Positions 18,758 through 27,513 of a DNA stretch of 47,788 bases are shown here, piece after piece. The notes beneath the pieces were generated by a model. It saw nothing but the letters and a program-made list of their open reading frames with translations, was not told the DNA's origin and did not search any database. A program made the position numbers and the translations under genes. The DNA comes from an uncultured Clostridia bacterium. GTDB taxonomy: Bacteria; Bacillota; Clostridia; Lachnospirales; CAG-274. Location: the NCBI GenBank assembly GCA_947589405.1, contig CANQBT010000001.1:1-47788 (forward strand), given 5' to 3'. Position 1 is the stretch's first letter. Each line of letters starts with the position of its first letter.

Positions 18758-19210
18758 TTATAACTGCATAAGCGTTTTTCTTACGATTTCGCTTACCAGC
18801 TTGTTGTCGGCACGGCCTTTGGTCTTGGCTGAAACAGCGCCCATGACCTTGCCCATATCCCTTACGGAACTTGCGCCTGTTTTGTTGATAGCTTCATTAA
18901 CTATTTCAATTATGGACTCCTCAGATAACTGCTCGGGAAGGTAAGCCTTGAGAAGCTCCAGCTTTTTATTGGCAACGTCTATCAGATCCTGACGCTCTGC
19001 TTTTTCAAAATCGGGCATAACATCGTTAAGCTTCTTTATTTCCTTTGTAATAACGCCTAACACGCCTTCGTCGTCAAGATTGTCGATATGGTTGTCCTTT
19101 TCTATCTGTAATACGCCGGCACGGACTATCTGGACTATTTCCTTTTTGACGGTGTCCTTTTCCTTCATTGCCTGCTTGAGATCATTAAAAAGCTGTTCCT
19201 TTAATAACAT
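18758..19210 (-). CDS. yqeY: GatB/YqeY-domain protein
   Basis: 150 aa starting MLLKEQLFNDLKQAMKEKD, with the typical YqeY-family layout. Directly downstream of rpsU, as in many Firmicutes. Confidence 0.85.
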   Translation of the reverse strand: MLLKEQLFNDLKQAMKEKDTVKKEIVQIVRAGVLQIEKDNHIDNLDDEGVLGVITKEIKKLNDVMPDFEKAERQDLIDVANKKLELLKAYLPEQLSEESIIEIVNEAINKTGASSVRDMGKVMGAVSAKTKGRADNKLVSEIVRKTLMQL

Positions 19211-19239
19211 AAACTATCACTATCCTTTGTGTAAATTAA

Positions 19240-19416
19240 TTAGTTGTACTTACGCTTTCTTGCAGCCTCAGACTTCTTCTTACGCTTTACACTAGGCTTA
19301 TCATAGTGCTCTCTTTTCCTTACCTCGCCCATGATACCTGCCTTAGCACAGTTTCTCTTGAAGCGACGAAGAGCGCTATCCAATGATTCGTTTTCTTTTA
19401 CTCTAACTTCAGACAT
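19240..19416 (-). CDS. rpsU: 30S ribosomal protein S21
   Basis: Not in the ORF track because it is 58 aa. My manual translation of the minus strand gives [74 protein letters not shown] stop at 19240-19242. Confidence 0.9.
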   Translation of the reverse strand: MSEVRVKENESLDSALRRFKRNCAKAGIMGEVRKREHYDKPSVKRKKKSEAARKRKYN

Positions 19417-19486
19417 GTTTCTCCCCTCCCTCCGGTTACTCGATCCTAAGCCTGAACATAGTTGCTCTATTTTCAGACACTACAAA

Positions 19487-19515
19487 ATTATACACAATTT
19501 TTTAACGCTAGTCAA
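19487..19515 (-). promoter_or_regulatory. Sigma-A-type promoter for rpsU-yqeY
   Basis: On the minus strand: TTGACT (19515-19510), a 17-nt spacer ending in TG, then TATAAT (19492-19487). About 70 nt upstream of the rpsU ATG. Confidence 0.6.
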
Positions 19516-19629
19516 CCTTAAAATAGAAAAATTTTAAATTTTTATTAAGTTTTTCATAAAAAAATACTCCTGTCATCAGTCCGCACTATGCTTTTGCATA
19601 TGGTTTGTGACGAATTTTGACTTATAATA

Positions 19630-19658
19630 TTGACAAAAAAGCCGGTATTGAATACAAT
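19630..19658 (+). promoter_or_regulatory. Sigma-A-type promoter for feoAB
   Basis: TTGACA (19630-19635), a 17-nt spacer, then TACAAT (19653-19658). 43 nt upstream of the ATG. Confidence 0.6.
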
Positions 19659-19700
19659 TATTCTATCATGCATATCAGAAAATAAGGAAGGTAGAGCATT

Positions 19701-22052
19701 ATGACACTTAAGGAACTGGAAATAGGAAGATCAGCCGTTATTACCGCCGTAGGCGGAGAAGGCTCTCTGCGCCAGCATTTTCTGGACATGGGAGTAATAC
19801 CGGGAGCCAAAGTAACGCTTATAAAATATGCGCCTATGGGCGACCCTATGGAGCTTATGATACACGGTTACGAGCTGACTCTGCGTATTGCAGACGCAGA
19901 AAAAATAGAAATAGATACCTCTGTACCAAAGTCTGCAAATGAAGGGGAAAGCAAAAAGCTCCCCAATACGAAAAGACCTCATCCCGGCTTAGGCGAAAGC
20001 GGTAAATACCAGGTGAAGGAAACGGAAAATCCCCTGCCTGAGGGAACATTGCTTACATTTGCTCTTGCAGGCAATCAGAACTGCGGAAAGACCACCCTTT
20101 TTAACCAGCTTACAGGCTCCAATCAGCATGTAGGCAACTTTCCCGGCGTTACCGTAGACAGGAAAAGCGGCGTTATAAGAGGACATTCCAATACTCTTGT
20201 GACAGATCTGCCCGGCATATATTCCCTTTCTCCCTACAGCAGCGAGGAAATAGTTTCACGTCAGTTTATACTTGACGAAAAGCCAAAGGGCATCATAAAT
20301 ATAGTAGACGCTACAAATATAGAGAGGAACCTTTACCTTACAATGCAGCTTATGGAGCTTGACATACCTATGGTGCTGGCTCTCAATATGATGGACGAGG
20401 TAAGAGGAAACGGCGGTTCCATAAGGATAAACGACATGGAAGCCATGCTTGGCATACCTGTTGTGCCCATAGCCGCCAATAAGAACGAGGGCGTAGACGA
20501 ACTTGTAAAGCACGCTTTGCACGTTGCCAAATATCAGGAAAGCTCTGTTATAAAGGATTTCTGCGATAAGGACGACAACGGCGGCGCCGTACATAGATGT
20601 ATACACGGTATAATGCACCTTATAGAGGATCACGCAAAGGCTGCACACATTCCCGTAAGATTTGCTGCCAATAAGCTTATTGAGGGAGATGAAAGAGTAC
20701 TGGAGGCTCTTGAGCTTTCAGACAAGGAAAAGCAGTTTGTAGAGGATATAATTGCACAGATGGAGGAGGAGAGAGGTCTTGACAGAGCGGCAGCCATTGC
20801 CGATATGCGTTTTGCATTTATAAAAAAGGTGTGCGACAATACCGTTATAAAGCCAAGAGAAAGCAAGGAGCACGAAAGGAGCCGCAAAGCCGACAGGATA
20901 CTTACAGGCAAATATACGGCTATACCTGCCTTTGCAGGCATAATGGCGCTTGTGTTCTGGCTTACGTTCAACGTAATAGGAGCATGGCTTCAAGGAATTC
21001 TTGAAAATATAATAGGCAAATTATCCGATATTACAGACGGAATACTTGTAGCTGCAAATGTAAACGATGTACTCCGTTCTCTCGTTATAGATGGTATATT
21101 CAACGGCGTAGGCAGCGTACTCAGCTTTATTCCCATAATAGTGACGCTGTTCTTTTTCCTGTCCCTTCTGGAGGACAGCGGATATATGGCAAGAGTTGCC
21201 TTTGTAATGGACAAGCTTCTGAGAAAGATAGGTCTTTCGGGCAGAAGTATAGTGCCTATGCTTATAGGCTTCGGCTGTACGGTACCGGGAGTTATGGCAA
21301 GCCGTACTCTGCCCTCCGAGAGGGACAGAAAAATGACCATAATGCTCACACCCTTTATGAGCTGTACTGCCAAGCTTCCCATATACGGCTTTTTCACGGC
21401 GGCATTTTTCCCGAAATACGGCGGTCTTATAATGGTGTGTCTGTATTTTATAGGAATATTTGTAGGCATACTTGCAGCCCTTACTCTTAAAGGCACTCTT
21501 TTCAAGGGAGAAGCCGTTCCCTTTGTTATGGAGCTGCCTAACTATCGTATGCCCGGCGCCAAGAATGTTGCTCACCTTCTTTGGGACAAGGCAAAGGATT
21601 TCCTTCAAAAGGCGTTTACCGTAATATTCATAGCTACCATAATAGTATGGTTCCTTCAGACCTTCGATTTCAGATTAAATGTCGTAAGCGGTTCTCAGGA
21701 CAGTATACTTGCAGTTATTTCAGGTATTATAGCGCCTATATTCAAGCCTTTGGGCTTTGGTGACTGGAGAGTTTCCACTTCTCTTATAGCAGGCTTTATA
21801 GCTAAGGAAAGCGTTGTTTCCACACTTTCTGTGCTCTTCGGCTCTACGGAGGGACTTCTGGCGCTTATATCTCCCGTATCGGCTTTTGCCCTTCTGGTGT
21901 TCTGCCTGCTCTATACTCCGTGTATTGCAGCGGTTGCATCAGTCAAAAGAGAGCTTGGCGGAAAATGGGCGGCAGCCATTGTTTTGGAGCAATGTACTAT
22001 TGCGTGGATATGCGCTTTTATAGCTAAAATAGCTGTAGGATTTTTTATATAA
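19701..22052 (+). CDS. feoB: Ferrous iron transporter FeoB with a fused N-terminal FeoA domain
   Basis: Residues 1-72 are FeoA-like (LKELEIGRSAVITAV...MGVIPGAKVTL). A ~45-aa linker follows, then the FeoB G-domain (ALAGNQNCGKTTLFNQLTG, DLPGIYSL) and the polytopic membrane domain. Confidence 0.9.
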   Translation: MTLKELEIGRSAVITAVGGEGSLRQHFLDMGVIPGAKVTLIKYAPMGDPMELMIHGYELTLRIADAEKIEIDTSVPKSANEGESKKLPNTKRPHPGLGESGKYQVKETENPLPEGTLLTFALAGNQNCGKTTLFNQLTGSNQHVGNFPGVTVDRKSGVIRGHSNTLVTDLPGIYSLSPYSSEEIVSRQFILDEKPKGIINIVDATNIERNLYLTMQLMELDIPMVLALNMMDEVRGNGGSIRINDMEAMLGIPVVPIAANKNEGVDELVKHALHVAKYQESSVIKDFCDKDDNGGAVHRCIHGIMHLIEDHAKAAHIPVRFAANKLIEGDERVLEALELSDKEKQFVEDIIAQMEEERGLDRAAAIADMRFAFIKKVCDNTVIKPRESKEHERSRKADRILTGKYTAIPAFAGIMALVFWLTFNVIGAWLQGILENIIGKLSDITDGILVAANVNDVLRSLVIDGIFNGVGSVLSFIPIIVTLFFFLSLLEDSGYMARVAFVMDKLLRKIGLSGRSIVPMLIGFGCTVPGVMASRTLPSERDRKMTIMLTPFMSCTAKLPIYGFFTAAFFPKYGGLIMVCLYFIGIFVGILAALTLKGTLFKGEAVPFVMELPNYRMPGAKNVAHLLWDKAKDFLQKAFTVIFIATIIVWFLQTFDFRLNVVSGSQDSILAVISGIIAPIFKPLGFGDWRVSTSLIAGFIAKESVVSTLSVLFGSTEGLLALISPVSAFALLVFCLLYTPCIAAVASVKRELGGKWAAAIVLEQCTIAWICAFIAKIAVGFFI

Positions 22053-22111
22053 AATTTTCTTATATATCCCTAAAGCTCATAATAAATATCTCAATGTAAT
22101 AGCAGTATTTT

Positions 22112-22140
22112 CTTGACATTTTTCCGTAAATAGGGAATAA
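22112..22140 (+). promoter_or_regulatory. Candidate promoter for the NCS2 permease gene
   Basis: TTGACA (22112-22117), a 17-nt spacer, then AATAAT (22135-22140). Confidence 0.45.
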
Positions 22141-22170
22141 TAAAATATAGGAGAATATGGGAGGTATTTT

Positions 22171-23610
22171 ATGAGAGAAAGGATAAAGGAATTTATAAGA
22201 AAAATATTCCACATAAGAGAGATGGAGACCTCTCTTAAAACTGAGCTTTTGGCAGGAGTGACAAATTATTTTACAATAATATATGCCGTAATGCTTGTGC
22301 CTGAAATACTCATTGGCGCATTTCCGGGAGCCGTTGACGCTCATGGCGAGCTTGTGAAGGACGCTGTGATAGCGGGAAACTTTACGGCTGCCGAAATGCT
22401 TGTGGCGCTGACTGCCGTAGCCTTTGCGGTATCGGGCTTTGCGTCAATATTTATGGGCGTTGTTACCAATATGCCCTTTGTGCAGGGTCCCAGCATAGCC
22501 ATAGGCACATTCGTTACCTATACGATATGCAAGGGCTTTGGATATACCTATAATCAGGCTCTTGCAATAGTGTTTGTTTCCGGCTTGCTTTTCTTTGTGC
22601 TTTCGGCTACGGGTGCAGAGGAGAAAATACACAAGATAGTCCCTCATAATATAAAGTGTGCCGTAAGCGCAGGCATAGGCTTTTTCATAGCCTTTACGGG
22701 AATTGAGAAAGCTCATATAATAGACTATACGGAAGAAGGCGTGCGTTTTTTCAGCTTCAATATGGCTGACAAGGACAACCTGAGCGCCATGCTTGCCATA
22801 GCCATAGTCATATTCATAGTGATACTTATCAAAAAGCATGTACACGGCGCCATATTCATAGGCAAAATGGTCTGCATAGCCCTTGCTTTTCCTCTTGGTC
22901 TTATAAATGCGCTGGGACACGGCAGCTTTGGCTACAGCATACCTATAACAAGCCTTGCGTTCAAGCTGGATTTCAGGTTATTGCTGGATATGTCATCGCC
23001 ATGGGATATAAGCAAGAGTATCGTAACGGTGATCATAATAGTATTTGCCATATGCATTATGGATATATTTGAAACAATGACTCTGCTCATAGCTATGGGT
23101 AATTATTCAGGCATTACATTTGAAAAGATAAAGGATAAGAAACAGCTCCCCAGAATACTTGAGGTAGACGCCATTACAACCTCCGCAGGAGCCTTGATGG
23201 GCTCTACAAGCGTATCCACATATGTAGAATCCTCTACAGGAGTTATAGAAGGAGGACGTACCGGACTTACGTCTGTGATCACAGGTCTGTTTTTCCTGCT
23301 GTCCATATCCTTTACACCTCTTATGAAGGTGGTGCCCTCAGCCGCTACGGCTACAACGCTTATTGTTGCAGGCGTTATGATGATGGGCGTTCTTAAGAAT
23401 ATTAATTTTGACGATATAGCCGAAGCTGTGCCGGCATTCTTCACCATGATGCTTATGCCGATAACAGGCAGTCTGCTCATAGGCATAGGCTTCGGAGTCA
23501 TAACCTATGTGCTCATACATGCTTTTATGGGATATAATACAAAAATAAACGCTGCCCTTGTGGCTCTCGGTATACTTATGTTTATTACGCTTATGTTTAT
23601 ACCGAGATGA
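22171..23610 (+). CDS. NCS2-family nucleobase permease (AzgA/PbuG-like adenine/guanine/hypoxanthine permease)
   Basis: N-terminal pattern FHIREMETSLKTELLAGVTNYFTIIYAVMLVPEIL. About 12 TM segments. Motif VESSTGVIEGGRTGLT. GGGAGG RBS. Confidence 0.85.
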   Translation: MRERIKEFIRKIFHIREMETSLKTELLAGVTNYFTIIYAVMLVPEILIGAFPGAVDAHGELVKDAVIAGNFTAAEMLVALTAVAFAVSGFASIFMGVVTNMPFVQGPSIAIGTFVTYTICKGFGYTYNQALAIVFVSGLLFFVLSATGAEEKIHKIVPHNIKCAVSAGIGFFIAFTGIEKAHIIDYTEEGVRFFSFNMADKDNLSAMLAIAIVIFIVILIKKHVHGAIFIGKMVCIALAFPLGLINALGHGSFGYSIPITSLAFKLDFRLLLDMSSPWDISKSIVTVIIIVFAICIMDIFETMTLLIAMGNYSGITFEKIKDKKQLPRILEVDAITTSAGALMGSTSVSTYVESSTGVIEGGRTGLTSVITGLFFLLSISFTPLMKVVPSAATATTLIVAGVMMMGVLKNINFDDIAEAVPAFFTMMLMPITGSLLIGIGFGVITYVLIHAFMGYNTKINAALVALGILMFITLMFIPR

Positions 23611-23630
23611 TCGGCTTTGTGGAGTAGTTA

Positions 23631-23830
23631 TTGGCTTTTGCAAAGCAAAAGTGCCGGGACGCCTTATGTTTATGCTCCTCAAATGAAAAACCGATATTTA
23701 TCACTAGATACGCATACGAAAGCCGTCCCTTAGCCTTTTAAGGCGTAAGGGAAGGTGTCCGCCCAATCATTTCTTTACAATAACATTACATTTGCATTGG
23801 GCGGACGGAAGGGTCGACCTTCCCCATAAC
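23631..23830 (+). repeat. Structured intergenic repeat, diverged copy C
   Basis: Shares module order and the right-end sequence TTTGCAT(T)GGGC(G/T)GAC(G/T)GAAGGGTCGA with the copies at 33370-33765 and 42981-43257. Has hairpins GTCCGCCCAAT (23757-23767) with ATTGGGCGGAC (23796-23806), and GGAAGG-GTCGA-CCTTCC. Confidence 0.6.
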
Positions 23831-23854
23831 TTAATCACCAACCCCACAAATCAA

Positions 23855-23895
23855 AAGAAGCTATCACAGGTCTTATGCGACAGCTTCTTTTTTTA
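23855..23895. terminator. Bidirectional terminator (livF on minus; permease and repeat transcripts on plus)
   Basis: AAGAAGCTATC (23855-23865) pairs with GACAGCTTCTT (23879-23889). Followed by T-runs on both strands. Ends 6 nt before the livF stop. Confidence 0.65.
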
Positions 23896-23900
23896 TATTA

Positions 23901-24614
23901 TCATTTTTTCTTTCCAAGATAAAGCTCCTTGACATGTTCATTTGCCAGAAGCTCGGGACCTGTGCCCTCAAGACCGATACTGCCTGTTTCCATAACATAG
24001 CCGTAATGGGCTATTTTAAGAGCCGCATTTGCATTCTGCTCAATAAGGAGAACGGTCATGTTCTGCTCTTGGTTTACCTTTTGTATTATCCTGAAAATAT
24101 CCTTTACCACAAGAGGAGCAAGACCAAGACTGGGTTCGTCCATCATAAGCACCTTTGGCTTGCTCATAAGAGCACGACCTACGGCAAGCATCTGCTGTTC
24201 ACCGCCTGAGAGAGTGCCGCTGAGCTGCTTTGATCTTTCCTTAAGTATAGGAAACATCTCATGTACAAAATCTATGTCCTTCTTGAAGTTTTCCTTGTCC
24301 TTACGGAGATAAGCGCCTATCATAAGGTTCTCATCTACGGTCATATCCGCAAATACATGTCTGCCTTCGGGAACAAGGGTTATACCCATTTTTACAATAT
24401 CCTTTGTGTTAAGTCCTATAAGCTCCTTGCCGTCATAGGTAATAGAGCCTGATACGGGACTTACAAGGCCTGTTATCGTGCGAAGAGTAGTGCTCTTGCC
24501 TGCGCCGTTGGCGCCTACAAGTGTTATTATTTTTCCTTCCTCCACATTCATGGATATGCCGTTAAGGGCGGTTATACCGCCGTATTTTACAACCAGATCT
24601 TTTATCTCAAGCAT
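23901..24614 (-). CDS. livF: Branched-chain amino acid ABC transporter ATP-binding protein LivF
   Basis: Walker A GANGAGKST, signature LSGGEQQM, Walker B LMMDEPSLGLAP. TGATG stop/start overlap with livG. Confidence 0.9.
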   Translation of the reverse strand: MLEIKDLVVKYGGITALNGISMNVEEGKIITLVGANGAGKSTTLRTITGLVSPVSGSITYDGKELIGLNTKDIVKMGITLVPEGRHVFADMTVDENLMIGAYLRKDKENFKKDIDFVHEMFPILKERSKQLSGTLSGGEQQMLAVGRALMSKPKVLMMDEPSLGLAPLVVKDIFRIIQKVNQEQNMTVLLIEQNANAALKIAHYGYVMETGSIGLEGTGPELLANEHVKELYLGKKK

Positions 24615-25387
24615 CAGTTGATCTCCTCCTCTCCAAGATAAGCCTTTATAACAGCAGGGTTATTCTGTATCTCAAAGGGAATACCTCTGGCTATGGTCCT
24701 ACCGTATTCCAGTACCTGTATTTTGTCCGAAATATCCATAACAAGCTGCATATGATGCTCAATAAGTATTATAGTGAGGTGGAATTTATCTCTTATTTCT
24801 CTTATAAATTCTGTCAGATCAACGCTTTCCTTAGGATTCATACCGGCAGCAGGCTCGTCAAGAAGGAGTATCTTAGGTCTTGTAGCCAAAGCTCTTGCTA
24901 TTTCAAGACGTCTTTGCAGTCCGTAGGGAAGGCTTGAGGCAATGTCGTCTTTATGCTCTATAAGTCCTGTTTCCTCAAGAAAAGAGCACGCAAATTCTTT
25001 CATTTTCTTTTCCTCCTTCATAGCGTAAGGCATATGGAGTACCGATGAAAAGAAATCCGTTTTTACGTTAAGATGAGTGGCTATAAGTACGTTTTCAAGT
25101 ACCGTAAGGTCCTTGAAAAGACGTATATTCTGGAAGGTTCTGGCAATACCCATCTTAGCTATCTGATCCGGGCGTTTTCCGTTTATCTTTATACCGTCGA
25201 ATATAATATCTCCCTCTGTAGGAGCATACACGCCTGTAATAAGGTTGAAGGCAGTAGTTTTGCCTGCGCCGTTAGGGCCTATTATGGCAACTATCTCACC
25301 GTCGTTTACAGTCAGGTTGAGAAGATTTACCGCTACAAGACCGCCAAAGCGTATTGTTACGTCCTTTGTTTCAAGTAATGCTGACAT
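24614..25387 (-). CDS. livG: Branched-chain amino acid ABC transporter ATP-binding protein LivG
   Basis: Walker A GPNGAGKTT, LivG-type signature region LPYGLQRRLEIARAL, Walker B LLLDEPAAGMNP. Confidence 0.9.
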   Translation of the reverse strand: MSALLETKDVTIRFGGLVAVNLLNLTVNDGEIVAIIGPNGAGKTTAFNLITGVYAPTEGDIIFDGIKINGKRPDQIAKMGIARTFQNIRLFKDLTVLENVLIATHLNVKTDFFSSVLHMPYAMKEEKKMKEFACSFLEETGLIEHKDDIASSLPYGLQRRLEIARALATRPKILLLDEPAAGMNPKESVDLTEFIREIRDKFHLTIILIEHHMQLVMDISDKIQVLEYGRTIARGIPFEIQNNPAVIKAYLGEEEIN

Positions 25388-26457
25388 TATTCAGACACCT
25401 CCTTTTTAGGAGATCTGTGGAATATAGAGCCTATGAGCTTAAAGAATCCACCTATGCCTTCCCATGAAAGCTCCTTGTTGCCGAATATACCCTTACGCCA
25501 GAGTATTATGACGAGCATAAGGAGCGCTGAGAATACAACCATTCTCATACCGCCTATGCCTGGATAACCTAAAGCGGGGATAGGTTCGTCTAAGAATCTC
25601 AGCTTCTCAAGGGCTATCCTGACTATGAATGCGCCTGCAATAGAGCCTGATACCGAGCCTTGACCGCCTAATACTACCATAAGCAGTATCTCATAGGCTA
25701 CTGTGAATTTGAACTGGTCGGGACCTATGGCGCCTACAAGAGAAGCAAGCATACCGCCGCCTATACCTGCCATAAATCCGCTCAATACAAAGGCAAGCAT
25801 TTTATGCTTAAAAAGGTTTATACCCATAGCCTGAGCTGCCACCTCATCTTCCCTTATGGCAAGAAGGGCTCTGCCGTATGTGGTACGCATCATGGCAAGG
25901 GTGAATATAACTATTACCGCAAGTATGAGAAGAGATACCCACATATTGATGTGAGAAGGTATTCTATTTATACCTGTGGGACCATTGGTAACGCCCTGCA
26001 TATTTGTAATGCATATCCTTATTATTTCCGAAAATCCCAAAGTGGCTATAGCCAAATAGTCGCCTCTGAGCCTGAGCACAGGGAAGCCTATAAGAAAGGC
26101 AAATACCGCCGCCGCAACTCCTCCCAGTATGAGCGCAACAGGAAAAGGCGCTGACAGGTTTGCCATAAAGTCGGAAATAGGTATTATTTTGTATATTGAA
26201 ACCTTGTCTGCCGTAGATACTGTAAATATAGCCGTAACATATGCGCCTATTGCCATAAAGCCAGGCTGACCAAGTGAAAAAAGACCTGTGAAGCCGTTTA
26301 CCATATTCATTGAAAGGGCGCATATAGCGTAAATACAGCAGGTATTGAAAATTCTTTTGTTATAGGGATTGAAGCTTGCATTTGCCCAGAACATAAAGCC
26401 TATAAGGGCAGCAATGGCAACTATATCCAGTATAATATGTACCTTTTTCTTGTCCAT
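25387..26457 (-). CDS. livM: Branched-chain amino acid ABC transporter permease LivM
   Basis: Polytopic membrane protein with a LivM-like core (GLFSLGQPGFMAIGAY, YLAIATLGFSEIIR). GGAGG RBS. Operon position fits. Confidence 0.87.
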   Translation of the reverse strand: MDKKKVHIILDIVAIAALIGFMFWANASFNPYNKRIFNTCCIYAICALSMNMVNGFTGLFSLGQPGFMAIGAYVTAIFTVSTADKVSIYKIIPISDFMANLSAPFPVALILGGVAAAVFAFLIGFPVLRLRGDYLAIATLGFSEIIRICITNMQGVTNGPTGINRIPSHINMWVSLLILAVIVIFTLAMMRTTYGRALLAIREDEVAAQAMGINLFKHKMLAFVLSGFMAGIGGGMLASLVGAIGPDQFKFTVAYEILLMVVLGGQGSVSGSIAGAFIVRIALEKLRFLDEPIPALGYPGIGGMRMVVFSALLMLVIILWRKGIFGNKELSWEGIGGFFKLIGSIFHRSPKKEVSE

Positions 26458-26471
26458 AGTGCTGCACCTCC

Positions 26472-27371
26472 TCAGACCTTCTCGGCGATCTTTTCGCCTA
26501 TAAGACCGTTAGGTCTGAACAGCAGTATACCTATGAGAAGTACAAATGAGAATATGTCCTTATATGCTGAGATCTCAGGGAAGAAGGCAACTGCCATTAC
26601 CTCTATGAAGCCTAAAAGGAGACCGCCTATAACGGCGCCCTTTACATTGCCTATACCGCCTATTACCGCTGCTATAAAGCACTTAAGACCCGGCATAACG
26701 CCTACAAGAGGTGAGATCTGAGGATATTTCAGTCCCCAGAGTATAGCGCCTACTGCGGCGATAGCTGAGCCTATGGCAAATGTAAATGAAATAGTGCCGT
26801 TTACATTTATACCCATAAGCTTGGCAGTATCCAGATCCTTTGAAATAGCTCTCATTGCCATACCGCTTTTTGTCTTGTTTATAAGGAAAAGCAGTATGCA
26901 CACGAATATTATCGTTATAACGGGAACTGCTACGGCAAGTCTTTGCAGTCTTACAGAGCCTATCTGCATCATATCAACAAAAAATGGTATCTGTGGAAAA
27001 GTCTTTGGCTTGGCTGTAAATATGACCGTTGCCAAGTTTTCAAGAAAATATGAAGCGCCTATCGCTGAAATAAGCATTGATATTTTAGGCGCATTCTGAC
27101 GCCTTAAGGTACTGTATGCCACCTTTTCAAGTCCCATACCCAGTACCGCCGTTGCAACTATGACCGCCGCAAAGCTCAAGGGCCACAGTCTGAAATCCTT
27201 TGCCACAAAGAAAAAGGCAAAGTACATACCCATCATGAATATATCGCAATGAGCGAAATTTATAAGCCTGAGTATACCATAAACCATAGTATAACCAACG
27301 GCTACAAGAGCAAACAAGCTGCCCAGCAGCAGTCCGTTGCAAAGCTGCTGCAATAGATCTGACCATGCCAT
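26472..27371 (-). CDS. livH: Branched-chain amino acid ABC transporter permease LivH
   Basis: MAWSDLLQQLCNGLLLGSLFALVAVGYTMVYG is the typical LivH N-terminus. The track ORF begins at TTG 27383; ATG 27371 is preferred. Confidence 0.87.
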   Translation of the reverse strand: MAWSDLLQQLCNGLLLGSLFALVAVGYTMVYGILRLINFAHCDIFMMGMYFAFFFVAKDFRLWPLSFAAVIVATAVLGMGLEKVAYSTLRRQNAPKISMLISAIGASYFLENLATVIFTAKPKTFPQIPFFVDMMQIGSVRLQRLAVAVPVITIIFVCILLFLINKTKSGMAMRAISKDLDTAKLMGINVNGTISFTFAIGSAIAAVGAILWGLKYPQISPLVGVMPGLKCFIAAVIGGIGNVKGAVIGGLLLGFIEVMAVAFFPEISAYKDIFSFVLLIGILLFRPNGLIGEKIAEKV

Positions 27372-27459
27372 ATCGGTCACCAACCTTTCGTCTGATATTA
27401 TGAAATACAGTTATTTCAAAATCACCTTCCATTTGCCGAATTTTGAAATGACTATATAC

Positions 27460-27495
27460 TCAAAAATTCGGGGTGCTTTTATTCAGCACCCCGAA
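27460..27495 (-). terminator. Intra-operon terminator/attenuator between livJ and livH
   Basis: TTCGGGGTGC (27467-27476) pairs with GCACCCCGAA (27486-27495), 18 nt after the livJ stop. On the minus strand it is followed by ATTTTTGAG. Confidence 0.65.
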
Positions 27496-27513
27496 ATATT
27501 GTAGGGTCAAAAT

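Noticed and set aside
19636-19700. Possible Fur box over the feoAB promoter (ACAATTATTCTATCATG).
   Set aside because: The match to the 19-mer GATAATGATAATCATTATC or the 7-1-7 TGATAATnATTATCA consensus is poor on manual comparison, with fewer than half the positions matching.
20256-21608. Several 110-195-aa antisense ORFs within feoB. Similar cases lie within yfhO (46914-47564), the 585-aa gene (31730-32335), the M23 gene (7397-7999) and the PBP gene (17091-17522).
   Set aside because: All are antisense to confidently identified genes. They lack RBSs and have skewed, repetitive compositions.
22053-22170. Purine riboswitch upstream of the NCS2 nucleobase permease.
   Set aside because: The gap is only 118 nt and contains a promoter-like element. 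I could not find the conserved three-way junction sequences of guanine/adenine riboswitches.
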